In this document: positions 31,464 through 45,765 of the stretch, one piece after another | Position numbering within the stretch: the first letter of the stretch is position 1 | Layout of the letters: every line of letters begins with the position of its first letter | Assembly: GCA_963732385.1 (NCBI GenBank) | Contig: CAVSZB010000007.1 | Span: forward strand, 864,001-928,000 | Length of the DNA: 64,000 nt | Source: an uncultured bacterium | GTDB lineage: Bacteria; Krumholzibacteriota; Krumholzibacteriia; LZORAL124-64-63 | Reading direction: 5' to 3' | Made by a program: the position numbers and the translations under genes | The notes under the pieces: model-generated | Seen by the model: only the letters and a program-made list of their open reading frames with translations | Told to the model about the DNA's origin: nothing | Databases searched by the model: none

Positions 31464-32305
31464 GCGAATTCCTGCACGCCCTCAACACGCACGCCTTCCT
31501 GCAGCACGCCTTTCTGACCGGACTGCTGGCCAGCGTGGCCTGCGGCGTGGTCGGCAGCTACGTCGTGGCCCGGCGCATCACCTACATCGCCGGCGCCATC
31601 GCGCACTGCGTGCTCGGCGGCATCGGCGCGGCGCGCTGGCTGAACGTGGTCGGCGGCTGGACCTGGCTGCAGCCGCTCCACGGCGCGATCGCGGCGGCGC
31701 TGCTGGCGGCGCTCGTCATCGGGGTCGTCAGCCTGCGCTCCCGGCAGCGCGAAGACACCGTGATCGGGGCGATCTGGGCGATCGGCATGGCGGCCGGCAT
31801 CCTTTTCATCGCGCGCACACCGGGCTACCAGGAGGATCTCCTCGGCTATCTCTTCGGCAACATCCTGATGGTGTCGCGCGGCGATCTCTGGCTGGTGGCC
31901 GGTCTCGACGCGCTGGTCCTCGGCCTCGGGCTCCTCTTCTACCACCAGTTCCTGGCCGTCTGCTTCGACAGCGAGTTCGCCCGGCTCCGTGGCGTTCGCG
32001 TGGAACTGTTCTACCTGCTGCTGCTGCTGCTCACGGCACTGACCGTGGTCCTCCTGGTGACGGTCGTAGGCATCGTGCTCGTGATCGCCCTGCTCACGCT
32101 GCCGGCCGCGGTGGCCAACCACTTCTCGAAGACCCTCTGGCAGATGATGGCCATCGGCGCGCTCTGCTGCGCGTTCTTCACCACCGGAGGACTGGCGCTC
32201 AGCTACGCGGCCAACCTGCCGGCGGGCGCAGTGATCATCCTGCTTGCCGCGGCCGCCTGGCTCCTCCTCGATGTACGCCGCTTCGCGCGCCGGCCTCGCG
32301 GCTGA
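31460..32305 (+). CDS. znuB: Metal ABC transporter permease
   Basis: GSYVVARR, IAHCVLGG, YLFGNIL and FDSEFA motifs; multiple TM helices. Confidence 0.9.
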   Translation: MSEFLHALNTHAFLQHAFLTGLLASVACGVVGSYVVARRITYIAGAIAHCVLGGIGAARWLNVVGGWTWLQPLHGAIAAALLAALVIGVVSLRSRQREDTVIGAIWAIGMAAGILFIARTPGYQEDLLGYLFGNILMVSRGDLWLVAGLDALVLGLGLLFYHQFLAVCFDSEFARLRGVRVELFYLLLLLLTALTVVLLVTVVGIVLVIALLTLPAAVANHFSKTLWQMMAIGALCCAFFTTGGLALSYAANLPAGAVIILLAAAAWLLLDVRRFARRPRG

Positions 32306-32312
32306 GGACGCC

Positions 32313-33488
32313 ATGTTGTCGCACCGGATCGCCTGGGACCAGCCGCCGAATCGCCTGGCCGTTGCGCTGGCGGCCCGTCGCCTCGCCGGCCTGCCGATCA
32401 TCGACCTGACCGAGGCCAATCCGACGCGCGCCGGCCTCGCCCCCCCGGCGGAAGAACTGCGCGCGGCCCTGGCGACGCCCGGCGAGCATCTCTACGCGCC
32501 CGACCCGCGCGGACTGCCGGCGGCGCGCGCGGCCGTGGCCGCCTACTACGCCGACCACGGCGGACCCGTGGACCCCGCGCGGCTCTTTCTCACCGCCGGC
32601 ACGAGCGACGGCTACGCCTGGCTTTGCAAACTGCTCGCCGACCCCGGCGATGAGATTCTGGTCCCGGCGCCGAGCTACCCGCTGCTGTCGCTGCTGGCCG
32701 AACTCGAAGGGATCCGCCTCGTGCCATATCCGCTGGTCTGGCGCGAGGGAACCGGCTGGCGAATTGATCCGGACGCGCTGGCCGCGGCCAGCGGCCCCCG
32801 CACGCGGGCGGTGATCGTGGTGAGTCCGCACAATCCGACCGGCGCCATCATGGACGCGCGGGAACGGACCGGGCTCGACGCGCTTTGCGCCCGGCATGAT
32901 CTCGCCCTGATCGTCGACGAGGTCTTTCTCGACTATCCGGGGGACGGCTCGCCCGGCCCGCTGCCGTCGGCCGCGGCCACGGACGGCGAGGCGCTCACCT
33001 TCGTGCTGAGCGGACTCTCGAAGGTGGCCGCGCTGCCGCAGGTGAAGCTGAGCTGGCTGGTCTGCGGCGGACCCGCGCCGGCGCGCGCGCGCGCCCGGAG
33101 CGGTCTGGAGCTGATCGCCGACGCGTACCTCTCGGTCGGCACGCCGGTGCAACTGGCGACACCGGCTTTACTGGCCCTGCGGCACGCCGCCCAGGCGCGG
33201 ATCCGCGCCCGCCTGCGGGAGAACGAGTCGTGGCTGCGGGAAGCGTGCGCCGACCTGCGCTCGGGCCGGCTCCTGCCGCGCGAGGCGGGTTGGTACGCGC
33301 TGCTCGAAGGCTGGACCGGCGAGGACGAGGAGGAGTGGTGCCTGGCGCGCCTCGAAGAGGACGGCCTGCTCCTGCATCCGGGGTATTTCTTCGACTTCCC
33401 GCGCCGCGGCTGCCTGGCGCTGAGCCTGCTCGTTCCACCCGCGGAGTTCCGCGTCGGCGCGACGCGCCTGCTGCGGCATCTGGCCTGA
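32313..33488 (+). CDS. PLP-dependent aminotransferase class I/II
   Basis: PSYP, SPHNPTG, IVDEVF and SGLSK motifs. Confidence 0.88.
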   Translation: MLSHRIAWDQPPNRLAVALAARRLAGLPIIDLTEANPTRAGLAPPAEELRAALATPGEHLYAPDPRGLPAARAAVAAYYADHGGPVDPARLFLTAGTSDGYAWLCKLLADPGDEILVPAPSYPLLSLLAELEGIRLVPYPLVWREGTGWRIDPDALAAASGPRTRAVIVVSPHNPTGAIMDARERTGLDALCARHDLALIVDEVFLDYPGDGSPGPLPSAAATDGEALTFVLSGLSKVAALPQVKLSWLVCGGPAPARARARSGLELIADAYLSVGTPVQLATPALLALRHAAQARIRARLRENESWLREACADLRSGRLLPREAGWYALLEGWTGEDEEEWCLARLEEDGLLLHPGYFFDFPRRGCLALSLLVPPAEFRVGATRLLRHLA

Positions 33489-33508
33489 AGGGTTCGTCTC
33501 GGACCGGC

Positions 33509-33934
33509 TCACCGCGCGGTCAGCACCAGGATCCCGCCCACCGTCATCAGCAGGCCGACGACCGCGCGCGGCGAGACCGGTTCCCCACCGAGCCAGACCC
33601 CCATCAGCGCGCCGAACAGCGGCGATGTGAAAGCGATCGGCATGACCACGCCGAGCGGCGCCTGCCTGAGCGCCGCGTAGAAGCAGAGCATCCCGAGCGC
33701 CCCCGCCACGAGTCCGCCCCCGACGATCAGGTACGCCAACGCGCGCGGCGGCGCCTGCGCCACCGTCCGCCACTGCGGAAACGAGACGAGCGCCAGCACC
33801 GCCAGCGCCGTCGCTGTCCGCAGCGTGATGCCGACCTGCGGCGACAGCTGCCCCAGATGCAGCCCCTTCTTCTCGAAGTAGCCGCCCACGCCCCAGGCGA
33901 CCGCGGTCATCAACGCCAGCCACTGCGCTTTCAT
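33509..33934 (-). CDS. EamA/DMT-family single-domain transporter
   Basis: Five TM segments; AWGV...EKKGL, FYAAL...VVMPI and LGGEPVS motifs. Confidence 0.82.
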   Translation of the reverse strand: MKAQWLALMTAVAWGVGGYFEKKGLHLGQLSPQVGITLRTATALAVLALVSFPQWRTVAQAPPRALAYLIVGGGLVAGALGMLCFYAALRQAPLGVVMPIAFTSPLFGALMGVWLGGEPVSPRAVVGLLMTVGGILVLTAR

Positions 33935-33961
33935 GTCGCTCCTCCAGGCCGCCGAGCGGCC

Positions 33962-34582
33962 TCAGGCCAGGGGGATGAAGCGCCCCGTCGCGGCGTCATA
34001 GCCCAGCAGACGACCGCGCTCGAGATCGAAGTACCAGCCGTGCAGGGCGAGCGTGCCCGCCTCGACCCGCTCGGCCACCCACGGGAAGGTGAGCAGGTTC
34101 CGCAGGGAAAGCAGCAGCGAGGCCTGCTCGCAGGCGCGCGCCTGCAGTTCCAGCGGCTTGCCGGGCAGGCGGGCGAGCACTTCATCGCGCGCCTCCCGGG
34201 CGATCGCCACCCAGCGCGGCAGGAATTCGCCCTGCGCCCCCTCGATCAGCGCACGCACGCCGCCACACTGCCCGTGCCCGAGCACGCAGATGTGCGCCAC
34301 GCCGAGCGAGCAGACGGCGAATTCGAGGGCCGCGCTCACACCGTGCGTGGCGCCGTCGGATTCGTACGGCGGCACAAGGTTCGCGACGTTCCGCACCACA
34401 AACAGGTCGCCGGGACGCGCGTCGAGCAGGTGGGCGGGATCCACACGCGAATCGCAGCACGCGATCACGAGCGCATGAGGCCGCTGTCCGTGCCGCAATT
34501 CTGCATAGAGTTCGCGATCGCCGCCGAAGAACCGCACCTGGAAGCGCCGAAACCCGGCCAGGAAATCCTCGACGTCGCGCAC
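33962..34582 (-). CDS. can: Beta-class carbonic anhydrase
   Basis: GQRP, CCDSRV, RNVANLVPP, HGQCGG and LHGWYFD motifs. Confidence 0.93.
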   Translation of the reverse strand: MRDVEDFLAGFRRFQVRFFGGDRELYAELRHGQRPHALVIACCDSRVDPAHLLDARPGDLFVVRNVANLVPPYESDGATHGVSAALEFAVCSLGVAHICVLGHGQCGGVRALIEGAQGEFLPRWVAIAREARDEVLARLPGKPLELQARACEQASLLLSLRNLLTFPWVAERVEAGTLALHGWYFDLERGRLLGYDAATGRFIPLA

Positions 34583-34601
34583 GCGAACCCCCGGGTATGG
34601 A

Positions 34602-34627
34602 AAGGCCAACCGACCGCGGTTGGCCTT
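34602..34627 (-). terminator. Hairpin just downstream of the tmRNA 3' end
   Basis: AAGGCCAACCG-N4-CGGTTGGCCTT with only a short U tract. Confidence 0.5.
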
Positions 34628-34631
34628 GATC

Positions 34632-34986
34632 TGGTGGAGGCGGCGGGAATCGAACCCGCGTCCACAATCGGTTCTCTGCCAGCTTCTACATGCTTAGCCG
34701 CGCGTTCATTCTCGCCGGTCGGCAGGCTACGCGGCCCGCCTACCTTCCGGCCAGTTCCCTAATTTTCTCGCCCGTCGCCAAGGAACACGACTCGGGGCCA
34801 GGCACCGGAAAATTTCGCTCCGTGGACAGGGCCGCTGCCCCCCCCATCCGGGAACGCGCCGCCTAATTAGGCAGCGAGGGCAAACTGATTGTTGTCAGTT
34901 ATCTTTTTTCCACCGTTTTACGAGAGAGATGGGATCTCGGCATGCCGCCAACAGTCCCCCGACCGCGTCGAAGCCATGTCGCCCCC
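34632..34986 (-). ncRNA. ssrA: tmRNA, tag (A)DNNQFALAA
   Basis: 5' GGGGGCGACATGGCTTCGAC; 3' GACGCGGGTTCGATTCCCGCCGCCTCCACCA; tag frame GAC AAC AAT CAG TTT GCC CTC GCT GCC TAA at 34896-34867 after ATAACT. Confidence 0.96.
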
Positions 34987-35024
34987 GATTCTCCGGGAAC
35001 GGGCCCTCGTGGGACCGAGCTTGC

Positions 35025-35054
35025 ACAATATCGCACATTGGGGGGCGGCGTCAA
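35025..35054 (-). promoter_or_regulatory. Putative ssrA promoter
   Basis: TTGACG-N18-TATTGT. Confidence 0.55.
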
Positions 35055-35164
35055 TGCCCGGGGGGGCGTGGCGTCGATGCGGGCGCGGCCGCTCAGAGCC
35101 AGCGACCTGCGGTCGCAGTCTCTGCGCGGATTGCGCCCGCATCGACGCCACGCCCCCCCGGGCA
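35055..35164. repeat. Long palindromic element, copy A
   Basis: Perfect 32-bp inverted repeat (35055-35086 / 35133-35164) around a 39-nt core at 35089-35127. Confidence 0.9.
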
Positions 35165-35455
35165 AAGGCGACTCCGGCCCAACGAGTGATATTGAGAGGC
35201 GCGCGGCAAGGTTACTGCTCCGACGATGCGATTCGCGATCGGCGACCTGCGGCGAGCAAAGCGACACCCCCCGCCTGTTCGATCGTTGGCGGGAACCGGC
35301 GGGGCGGAGTTGCCGCGCCCCCGCCCCCGAGACCGGGCCGCCAGGAGAGGCCTGGACGGGGACCCATGCGACTCATGCGGTTGGCTGGACGCACGCACCG
35401 CCGGAGCGTAGACTCATGTTGCCCGGATCAGGAACGCACCCGAGGGAGGTCGACC

Positions 35456-37960
35456 ATGAGGGTGACAGGCGGGCGTTTCTTTCCGCATGCATCGATTTTG
35501 CTCGCCGCGTTGCTGCTGGCGGGACCGGCAGTCGCAATCCCCGATTGCCTTCCGTATGAGACGTTCTTTCACTGGATCGTCCGGGTTCCCAACAGCGCTG
35601 GCGCCTTGGATGTCGCCGTTCAGGGAGAGTACGCCTATGTAACGGGATACTGGACGGCGGTGATGGTATTCAACATCTCCGACCCGTACCATCCAGGCAG
35701 AATTCAAGATATCGACATCTCTGAGTACGCAGGAAAAATCCTCTGCAAGCCGCCCTACCTATTCGTGTCCGGCCTTTCTCGGGATGAGACGACCTCGCAC
35801 CTCCACGTCATCGATGTCTCTGATCCCCTCTCTCCCCTCGTCTTGGGACAAGCGACGCTGCCAGCCGAGCCCAGTGCCCTGGCCTATGATCCCCCGTATC
35901 TTTACGTCTGCGCTGGCAGCCTGTGCGTGATCGATGTCCGGGACCCGGCGCGACCGACTGTGGTGGCGAATCTCGCGCTGGCCTCTCCACCCATGGCCGT
36001 GGCGGTGTCGAAGGGACGCGCCTATCTGGCAATGTGGGATCGCGGGCTGAACATTGTCGATGTCTCGGACCCGCTTCACCCGACGTTCCAGCAGGAAATC
36101 GACTTGCCCCACCGCGAGAGAGCCATAACGGTCGCAGGGGACTACGCCTTCTTGGGCAGCTTCAGGACTCTCCTGGTTCTCGACATTTCCGGTCCGACTC
36201 CTGTGCGCGTGGGAGAAGTGACCGTGGGCAATCCGGAGGACGATTTCATTGGTGATATCGTCGTCCGGGATCACTTTCTTTTCCTTTCTTCCAACTACGG
36301 TGGCGTGAAGGCGGTGGATGTATCCGATCCCACCGCCCCGTTCGTGGTAGGGGAGATCGGAACGGGTGATCGCAGCCTGGGTATTGCCGATGCGGGGAAC
36401 TGTGTCCTGGTCGCAGACTGTCTGGCCGGCTTGCAGGTGATGGCCGCGATGAATCCGCAGACCGCCGGAGCCAGTCCCGCAGGGGGAATCACCGAGGCAA
36501 TCCATGACATCGCCGTGGCCGGCAACATCCTCTTTGCGGCGAACTCCGATTCCGGACTGGTCGTTGCGGATATTTCCCTACCGGAAAATCCGGCTCCGCT
36601 CGCCCTGGTCGCTACACCTGGCTCGGTGAGAAGCATGCGTCTGGACAGCGATCGGCTGTACCTGGCGTGTCAACGAACCTACGGCGCCACTCCCACCGGG
36701 AGATTGCAGATCGTCGACATTGCGAACCCTGAGAATGCTGCACCGCTCGGAGATGTCCCGTTGCCCGGCTGGATGCTGGCAGTCGAAGTCGCAGGACAGT
36801 ATGCGTATGTGGCCGCAGGCGATCGAGGACTCCAAGTCGTCGACGTTTCGGATCCACGCGCGCCGGTTCTCGTGACGAGCCTCGCCACGCCGCGATATGC
36901 GATGGATGTCGCTGTCAAAGAAAACAGGGCCTACATCGCGGGCTTCGATGGTGGCTTCCAGGTGGTCGACATCACCGATCCGCGCGTGCCGGCGTACCTG
37001 GGTTCGTCCCCGACATTTGGCAACGCGTTTGCGATTGAGTTGGTGGGTGACCGGGCCTATGTGGGCGGCGGCAGCGGGGGAATGCGCATTTTCGATATTG
37101 CGGGCGCCGGTATTCCTGAGGCTCTGGCGGATGTGACCCTTCCAGGCCCGCTCATGGGAGAGTTCGCCGGGCACCCAAGGGATCTGGTTGCCAACGGGAA
37201 CTACGTCTATGTGGCGTGTGAAGCGGCCGGCATCCAGGTGGTGGACATCACCAGCCCGACATCGCCTTTGATCGCGGGCTTGATCACTGTTCCCTCGTAC
37301 GCAGTGGCCATCGCCGTGACCAACGATGGCATCTGGATCGCAGGTGCGTCGTCGGGGCTCCTGCTGGCGCCCCGACAATGCGGCGATGCCCTCGCCGTGA
37401 GCATCCGCGACTTCGGCGCCGGCTGGTCGGATGGCCTGGCCGTCGTGCATTGGCTGGTCGAGGAAGGCCCAGGCATCGCCAGCCTTGCGTTGTATCGCGA
37501 AGGGCCGTCGGGCCATCGAATGCTGGTCCGAGAGGTTCCACTGACCGGGCAGGAGCTCTACCAGATTATCGACACTGCGGCGAATTCAACCGGGCACGAG
37601 AGGTACTGGTTGCGGGAGAGCGGAGCCCAGGGTTCGGACATCTGGCATGGTCCCGTGGAGCTGACGCCGCAGGAGGCGCCGAGCATCCTGACCCTCGGGC
37701 CGGCCTGTCCCAACCCCTTCAATCCAAGCACGTCCATCCGCCTGACTCTGCCCCGGGCGGGAAGGATCGCGGTTTCAATTTACGATCAGCGCGGTCGACT
37801 GGTGAAGAGGTTGACGCAGGGCGAAATGCCCGCTGGCGTGCACCCGCTGGCGTGGGACGGTGAAGATTCGCGCGGGGCACCCGCGGCCTCCGGGACTTAT
37901 GTGGCACGGCTGGTGACGCGACAGGGCGTGTGCTCGGCCAAGCTGATGCTGACGCGGTAG
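35456..37960 (+). CDS. Secreted LVIVD-repeat (beta-propeller) protein with C-terminal FlgD-Ig domain
   Basis: GGGAGG RBS and signal peptide; many 'YAYVA...GLQVVDVSDP' repeats; PNPFNPST...WDGEDSRG...SGTYVARL. Confidence 0.88.
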   Translation: MRVTGGRFFPHASILLAALLLAGPAVAIPDCLPYETFFHWIVRVPNSAGALDVAVQGEYAYVTGYWTAVMVFNISDPYHPGRIQDIDISEYAGKILCKPPYLFVSGLSRDETTSHLHVIDVSDPLSPLVLGQATLPAEPSALAYDPPYLYVCAGSLCVIDVRDPARPTVVANLALASPPMAVAVSKGRAYLAMWDRGLNIVDVSDPLHPTFQQEIDLPHRERAITVAGDYAFLGSFRTLLVLDISGPTPVRVGEVTVGNPEDDFIGDIVVRDHFLFLSSNYGGVKAVDVSDPTAPFVVGEIGTGDRSLGIADAGNCVLVADCLAGLQVMAAMNPQTAGASPAGGITEAIHDIAVAGNILFAANSDSGLVVADISLPENPAPLALVATPGSVRSMRLDSDRLYLACQRTYGATPTGRLQIVDIANPENAAPLGDVPLPGWMLAVEVAGQYAYVAAGDRGLQVVDVSDPRAPVLVTSLATPRYAMDVAVKENRAYIAGFDGGFQVVDITDPRVPAYLGSSPTFGNAFAIELVGDRAYVGGGSGGMRIFDIAGAGIPEALADVTLPGPLMGEFAGHPRDLVANGNYVYVACEAAGIQVVDITSPTSPLIAGLITVPSYAVAIAVTNDGIWIAGASSGLLLAPRQCGDALAVSIRDFGAGWSDGLAVVHWLVEEGPGIASLALYREGPSGHRMLVREVPLTGQELYQIIDTAANSTGHERYWLRESGAQGSDIWHGPVELTPQEAPSILTLGPACPNPFNPSTSIRLTLPRAGRIAVSIYDQRGRLVKRLTQGEMPAGVHPLAWDGEDSRGAPAASGTYVARLVTRQGVCSAKLMLTR

Positions 37961-38065
37961 GAACGGAGATCCCCTGCCCCGCGACAATGGCCGAACCCCT
38001 GCATGCCATCGGGGGCGGCGCCCTGCGGCGTGCCAAGCGACGCCGCCCCCCCTGCCCGTCGGTGA

Positions 38066-38167
38066 GGGGTGGTCCGGCGCGGGTGCGCGGGCGCGTCTGC
38101 GCAGAGACTGCGACCGCAGGTCGCTGGCTCTGAGCGGTGCACCCGCACACCCGCGCCGGACCACCCC
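38066..38167. repeat. Long palindromic element, copy B (inverted relative to copy A)
   Basis: 20-bp perfect outer stem (38066-38085 / 38148-38167) plus an imperfect inner stem around the exact reverse complement of the 39-nt core (38099-38137). Confidence 0.9.
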
Positions 38168-38232
38168 CCGCAATGCGAAGGCGGGGCAGAGTCGCCTCCG
38201 CCCCGCCTCAGACCCGACCCGCCAGCAGAATC

Positions 38233-42769
<4,537 letters not shown>

Positions 42770-42797
42770 CTCAGCTCCCGCCCCTGTCAGGCGTCAG

Positions 42798-44345
42798 TCA
42801 GGCCGAGAACTCCACCCCCTGAGCCAGGTGGATCTCGCCGCCCCAGTTCACGGTGTTGGTCTGGCGGCGCATGTAGCCCTTCCAGGCGTCCGACCCCGAC
42901 TCGCGCCCACCGCCGGTCTCTTTCTCGCCGCCGAACGCGCCACCGATCTCCGCGCCCGACGTGCCGACGTTGACGTTGGCGATGCCGCAGTCAGAGCCCT
43001 GCCAGCTGAGGAACGCCTCCGCCTCCGCCACGCTGTCGGTAAAGATGCTCGACGACAGCCCCTGCGGCACGTCGTTGTGCAGCTGCAGCGCATCCGCGAG
43101 CGTGCGGTACTTCATGACGTACACGATCGGGGCGAAGGTCTCGTGCTGCACGATCGCGGCCGAATTGGCGATCTCAATGATCGTCGGCAGCACGAAGGTG
43201 CGGCGCCCGAACGGAGGCGTCATCGCCTTGCCACCGTAGAGGACCCTGCCACCCTGCCGCTTCGCCGCCTTGACCGCCTCCTCGTACGCAGCCACCGCGC
43301 CCTCGTCGATCAGCGGCCCCATGAGCGTCTTCGGATCGAGCGGATCGCCAATGCGCACCTTCTTGTAATTCGCGACCAGCTTGCCTACGAAGGCATCGTA
43401 CACCTTTTCCTGGATGATCAGGCGACGCGTCGAGGTGCAGCGCTGCCCGGCGGTGCCGACCGCGCCGAAGAACGACGAGGCGAGCGCGCCGGTGAGATCG
43501 GCGTGGTGCGAAACGATCAGGGCATTGTTGCCGCCCAGCTCGAGGATGACGCGACCGAGCCGCGCGCCGACGATCTCGCCGATCCGCTTGCCCATCCGGG
43601 TCGAGCCGGTGGCGCTGATGAGAGTCAGGCGCGGATCGGCGATCATCCGCTCGCCCACGGTCGCGCCGCGACCGATGGCCACGCACGAAATCCCCTCGGG
43701 CAACCCGTTGGCGCGGAATACCTCATTGACGATGTTCTGGCAGGCGATGCCGCACAGCGGCGCCTTGCTCGACGGCTTCCACACCACCGGGTCGCCGCAC
43801 ACCCAGGCCAGCGCCGAATTCCAGGCCCAGACCGCCACGGGAAAGTTGAAGGCGCTGATGACGCCGATCGGCCCGAGCGGGTGCCACTGCTCCATCATGC
43901 GATGCATGGGCCGCTCGCTCTGCAGCGTCGGCCCGGACAGGAACCGGCTCTGGCCGACTGCGAAATCGCAGATGTCGATCATCTCCTGGACTTCGCCCAG
44001 CCCCTCGGTGAGGATCTTGCCCATCTCGAGCGAGACCAGCCGGCCGAGCATCTCCTTCTTCGCGCGCAGGGCCACGCCGACCTGACGCACGATTTCACCG
44101 CGCCGGGGCGCCGGCACGGCGCGCCAGGCCAGAAACGCCTTGCCGGCCTGCTTCATGACCCGCTCGTAGTCCTTCGCGTCAGCCTGTTCGATCTTCGCCA
44201 GCAGTTCGCCGGTGGTCGGGCTGCGCGACTCGATCAGGTCGCGGCCGCTGGCGAACCATTCGCCGCCGCAGTTGGCGCCCGCCTGGCGCGACTTGAGCCC
44301 GAGCGCCTTGAACATTTTGCCTTTTTCCTGGGTCGTCATTGCCAT
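42798..44345 (-). CDS. ALDH7/antiquitin-type aldehyde dehydrogenase (alpha-aminoadipate semialdehyde dehydrogenase-like)
   Basis: ISAFNFPVAV.AWN, LELGGNNA, GTAGQRCT and GAEIGGAFGGEKETGGGRESGSD motifs. Confidence 0.9.
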   Translation of the reverse strand: MAMTTQEKGKMFKALGLKSRQAGANCGGEWFASGRDLIESRSPTTGELLAKIEQADAKDYERVMKQAGKAFLAWRAVPAPRRGEIVRQVGVALRAKKEMLGRLVSLEMGKILTEGLGEVQEMIDICDFAVGQSRFLSGPTLQSERPMHRMMEQWHPLGPIGVISAFNFPVAVWAWNSALAWVCGDPVVWKPSSKAPLCGIACQNIVNEVFRANGLPEGISCVAIGRGATVGERMIADPRLTLISATGSTRMGKRIGEIVGARLGRVILELGGNNALIVSHHADLTGALASSFFGAVGTAGQRCTSTRRLIIQEKVYDAFVGKLVANYKKVRIGDPLDPKTLMGPLIDEGAVAAYEEAVKAAKRQGGRVLYGGKAMTPPFGRRTFVLPTIIEIANSAAIVQHETFAPIVYVMKYRTLADALQLHNDVPQGLSSSIFTDSVAEAEAFLSWQGSDCGIANVNVGTSGAEIGGAFGGEKETGGGRESGSDAWKGYMRRQTNTVNWGGEIHLAQGVEFSA

Positions 44346-45688
44346 CAGCCTCCCTGGGGTACACGCCCCTGGAACGTCTCGGTCTTCTCGCGGCAGACGA
44401 TGTCCAGCCGGGCCAATTCATCGAGCACCGGCTCGTAGATATCTCTGGTCACGGGACGCAGCACGCCCGTCTGCGTGATGCGACCGCTGAGGATCATATC
44501 GACGCCGATCGCGGCCGGCAGTGACACCGTGCGCGACATCGACGAATCGCCGTCAGGGATGCCGTAGTCGATGAGCGTCGAGACGATCCGCTCGCGCCTC
44601 CCGTCCGGGAAGGCGGCGCGGAAATCATGGTACAGCACGATCATGTCGCGTTCGCCCGGGCGGAAAGACAGCTTCTCGTACATCAGGTCACCCATGGCGT
44701 CCAGCGGCGAGATCCGGTCGACCTGGAACCGCCGGTCGGAGAAGAGTCCGAGCCAGTGCAGGTTCCAGACCGGCAGCGCGTCGGGCGGCAGGCCCAGCTT
44801 GCGCGCCACGGCCACGCGCAGGTCGTCCCGCGGACCGGCCCCGATCAGTCGCCGGGTGAAGTCGGCATAAGAGAGCCCCTTCACATCGACTTCGTCCAGC
44901 GACAGCAGCCCGAGCCGGCCGATATTGAACAGGGTGTCACACCACCCCATGTTGCGCAGCGTGCCGCGAAACATGGTGGAGATGCCCTGCAGACCGTAAA
45001 CGTCGATGTAGGAGATCGAGTCGCGGTTCGGGTAGGCCTCGTAGTCGCCCTGCCCCTCGACCTGCAGCACGTGCATGTCGCGGAACAGCCGCTGACTCGG
45101 CACCTCGACCGGCCGGTCATCCGCCAGGTACTGGGCGTTGTTGCGCCCGGCCAGCAGCACGCCGCGCGGCGCCCAGGAGAACTTGTAGCCGAACGGATTG
45201 TCGTTGGCCTCGGGCGCCGGCAGGCCGCCGCAGTAGGACTTGAAGGAGACGATCCGGCCGCCGCGCCCGCGCACATCATCAATGATCCGCATGGCCGACA
45301 TGTGGTCGATGCCGGGATCGACGCCGATCTCGTTCAGGATCGTCACGCCGGCCTGCTTCGCCGCACCATCGAGCTCCTGCATCGCCGCCGATACGTAGGA
45401 GGTCGTCACCATCGGCTTGCCGTGCCCGATGCACAGCTTCGCCACCACCGGATGGAAGGCGAAAGGGACCAGGCTGACGGCGAGGTCACAATCCTTGATG
45501 AACGGCGACAGCTTCGCCTCGTCCTGCAGGTCGAGGGCGAAAGCCTTGCCGTGAGGGTGACCCGCGAGCATCCGCTCGGCCTTTTCGACCGTGCGGCTGG
45601 CCATAACAACCTCGTAGCCCTTGTCAAGCAGGTAACGGACCAGCGGCCGCGCCACCAGTCCCGCGCCCAGCACCAGCACGCGCTTCAT
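44345..45688 (-). CDS. Saccharopine dehydrogenase, glutamate-forming (Lys9-like)
   Basis: VLGAGLVA, VTTSYVS, NEIGVDPGIDH, SYCGGLPAPE, YKFSW.PRG and YPNRDS motifs. Confidence 0.92.
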   Translation of the reverse strand: MKRVLVLGAGLVARPLVRYLLDKGYEVVMASRTVEKAERMLAGHPHGKAFALDLQDEAKLSPFIKDCDLAVSLVPFAFHPVVAKLCIGHGKPMVTTSYVSAAMQELDGAAKQAGVTILNEIGVDPGIDHMSAMRIIDDVRGRGGRIVSFKSYCGGLPAPEANDNPFGYKFSWAPRGVLLAGRNNAQYLADDRPVEVPSQRLFRDMHVLQVEGQGDYEAYPNRDSISYIDVYGLQGISTMFRGTLRNMGWCDTLFNIGRLGLLSLDEVDVKGLSYADFTRRLIGAGPRDDLRVAVARKLGLPPDALPVWNLHWLGLFSDRRFQVDRISPLDAMGDLMYEKLSFRPGERDMIVLYHDFRAAFPDGRRERIVSTLIDYGIPDGDSSMSRTVSLPAAIGVDMILSGRITQTGVLRPVTRDIYEPVLDELARLDIVCREKTETFQGRVPQGG

Positions 45689-45765
45689 GGCATCCTCCTC
45701 GGGTTCGCATCCCCGCCACGGCGGGGGCACCATACTCTGCCCGACGACCCGACCGGAACGGGCGC

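Noticed and set aside
34632..34660. Genomic island integrated at the ssrA or tRNA-Val 3' end
   Set aside because: No integrase and no direct-repeat copy of either 3' end was noticed. The CGCCGCCTCCACCA match near 21407 is in the opposite orientation inside kbl.
35055..38167. Classical integron attC sites or CRISPR repeats
   Set aside because: There are no RYYYAAC/GTTRRRY ends, the copies are inverted rather than direct, only two copies exist, and no intI or cas genes are present.
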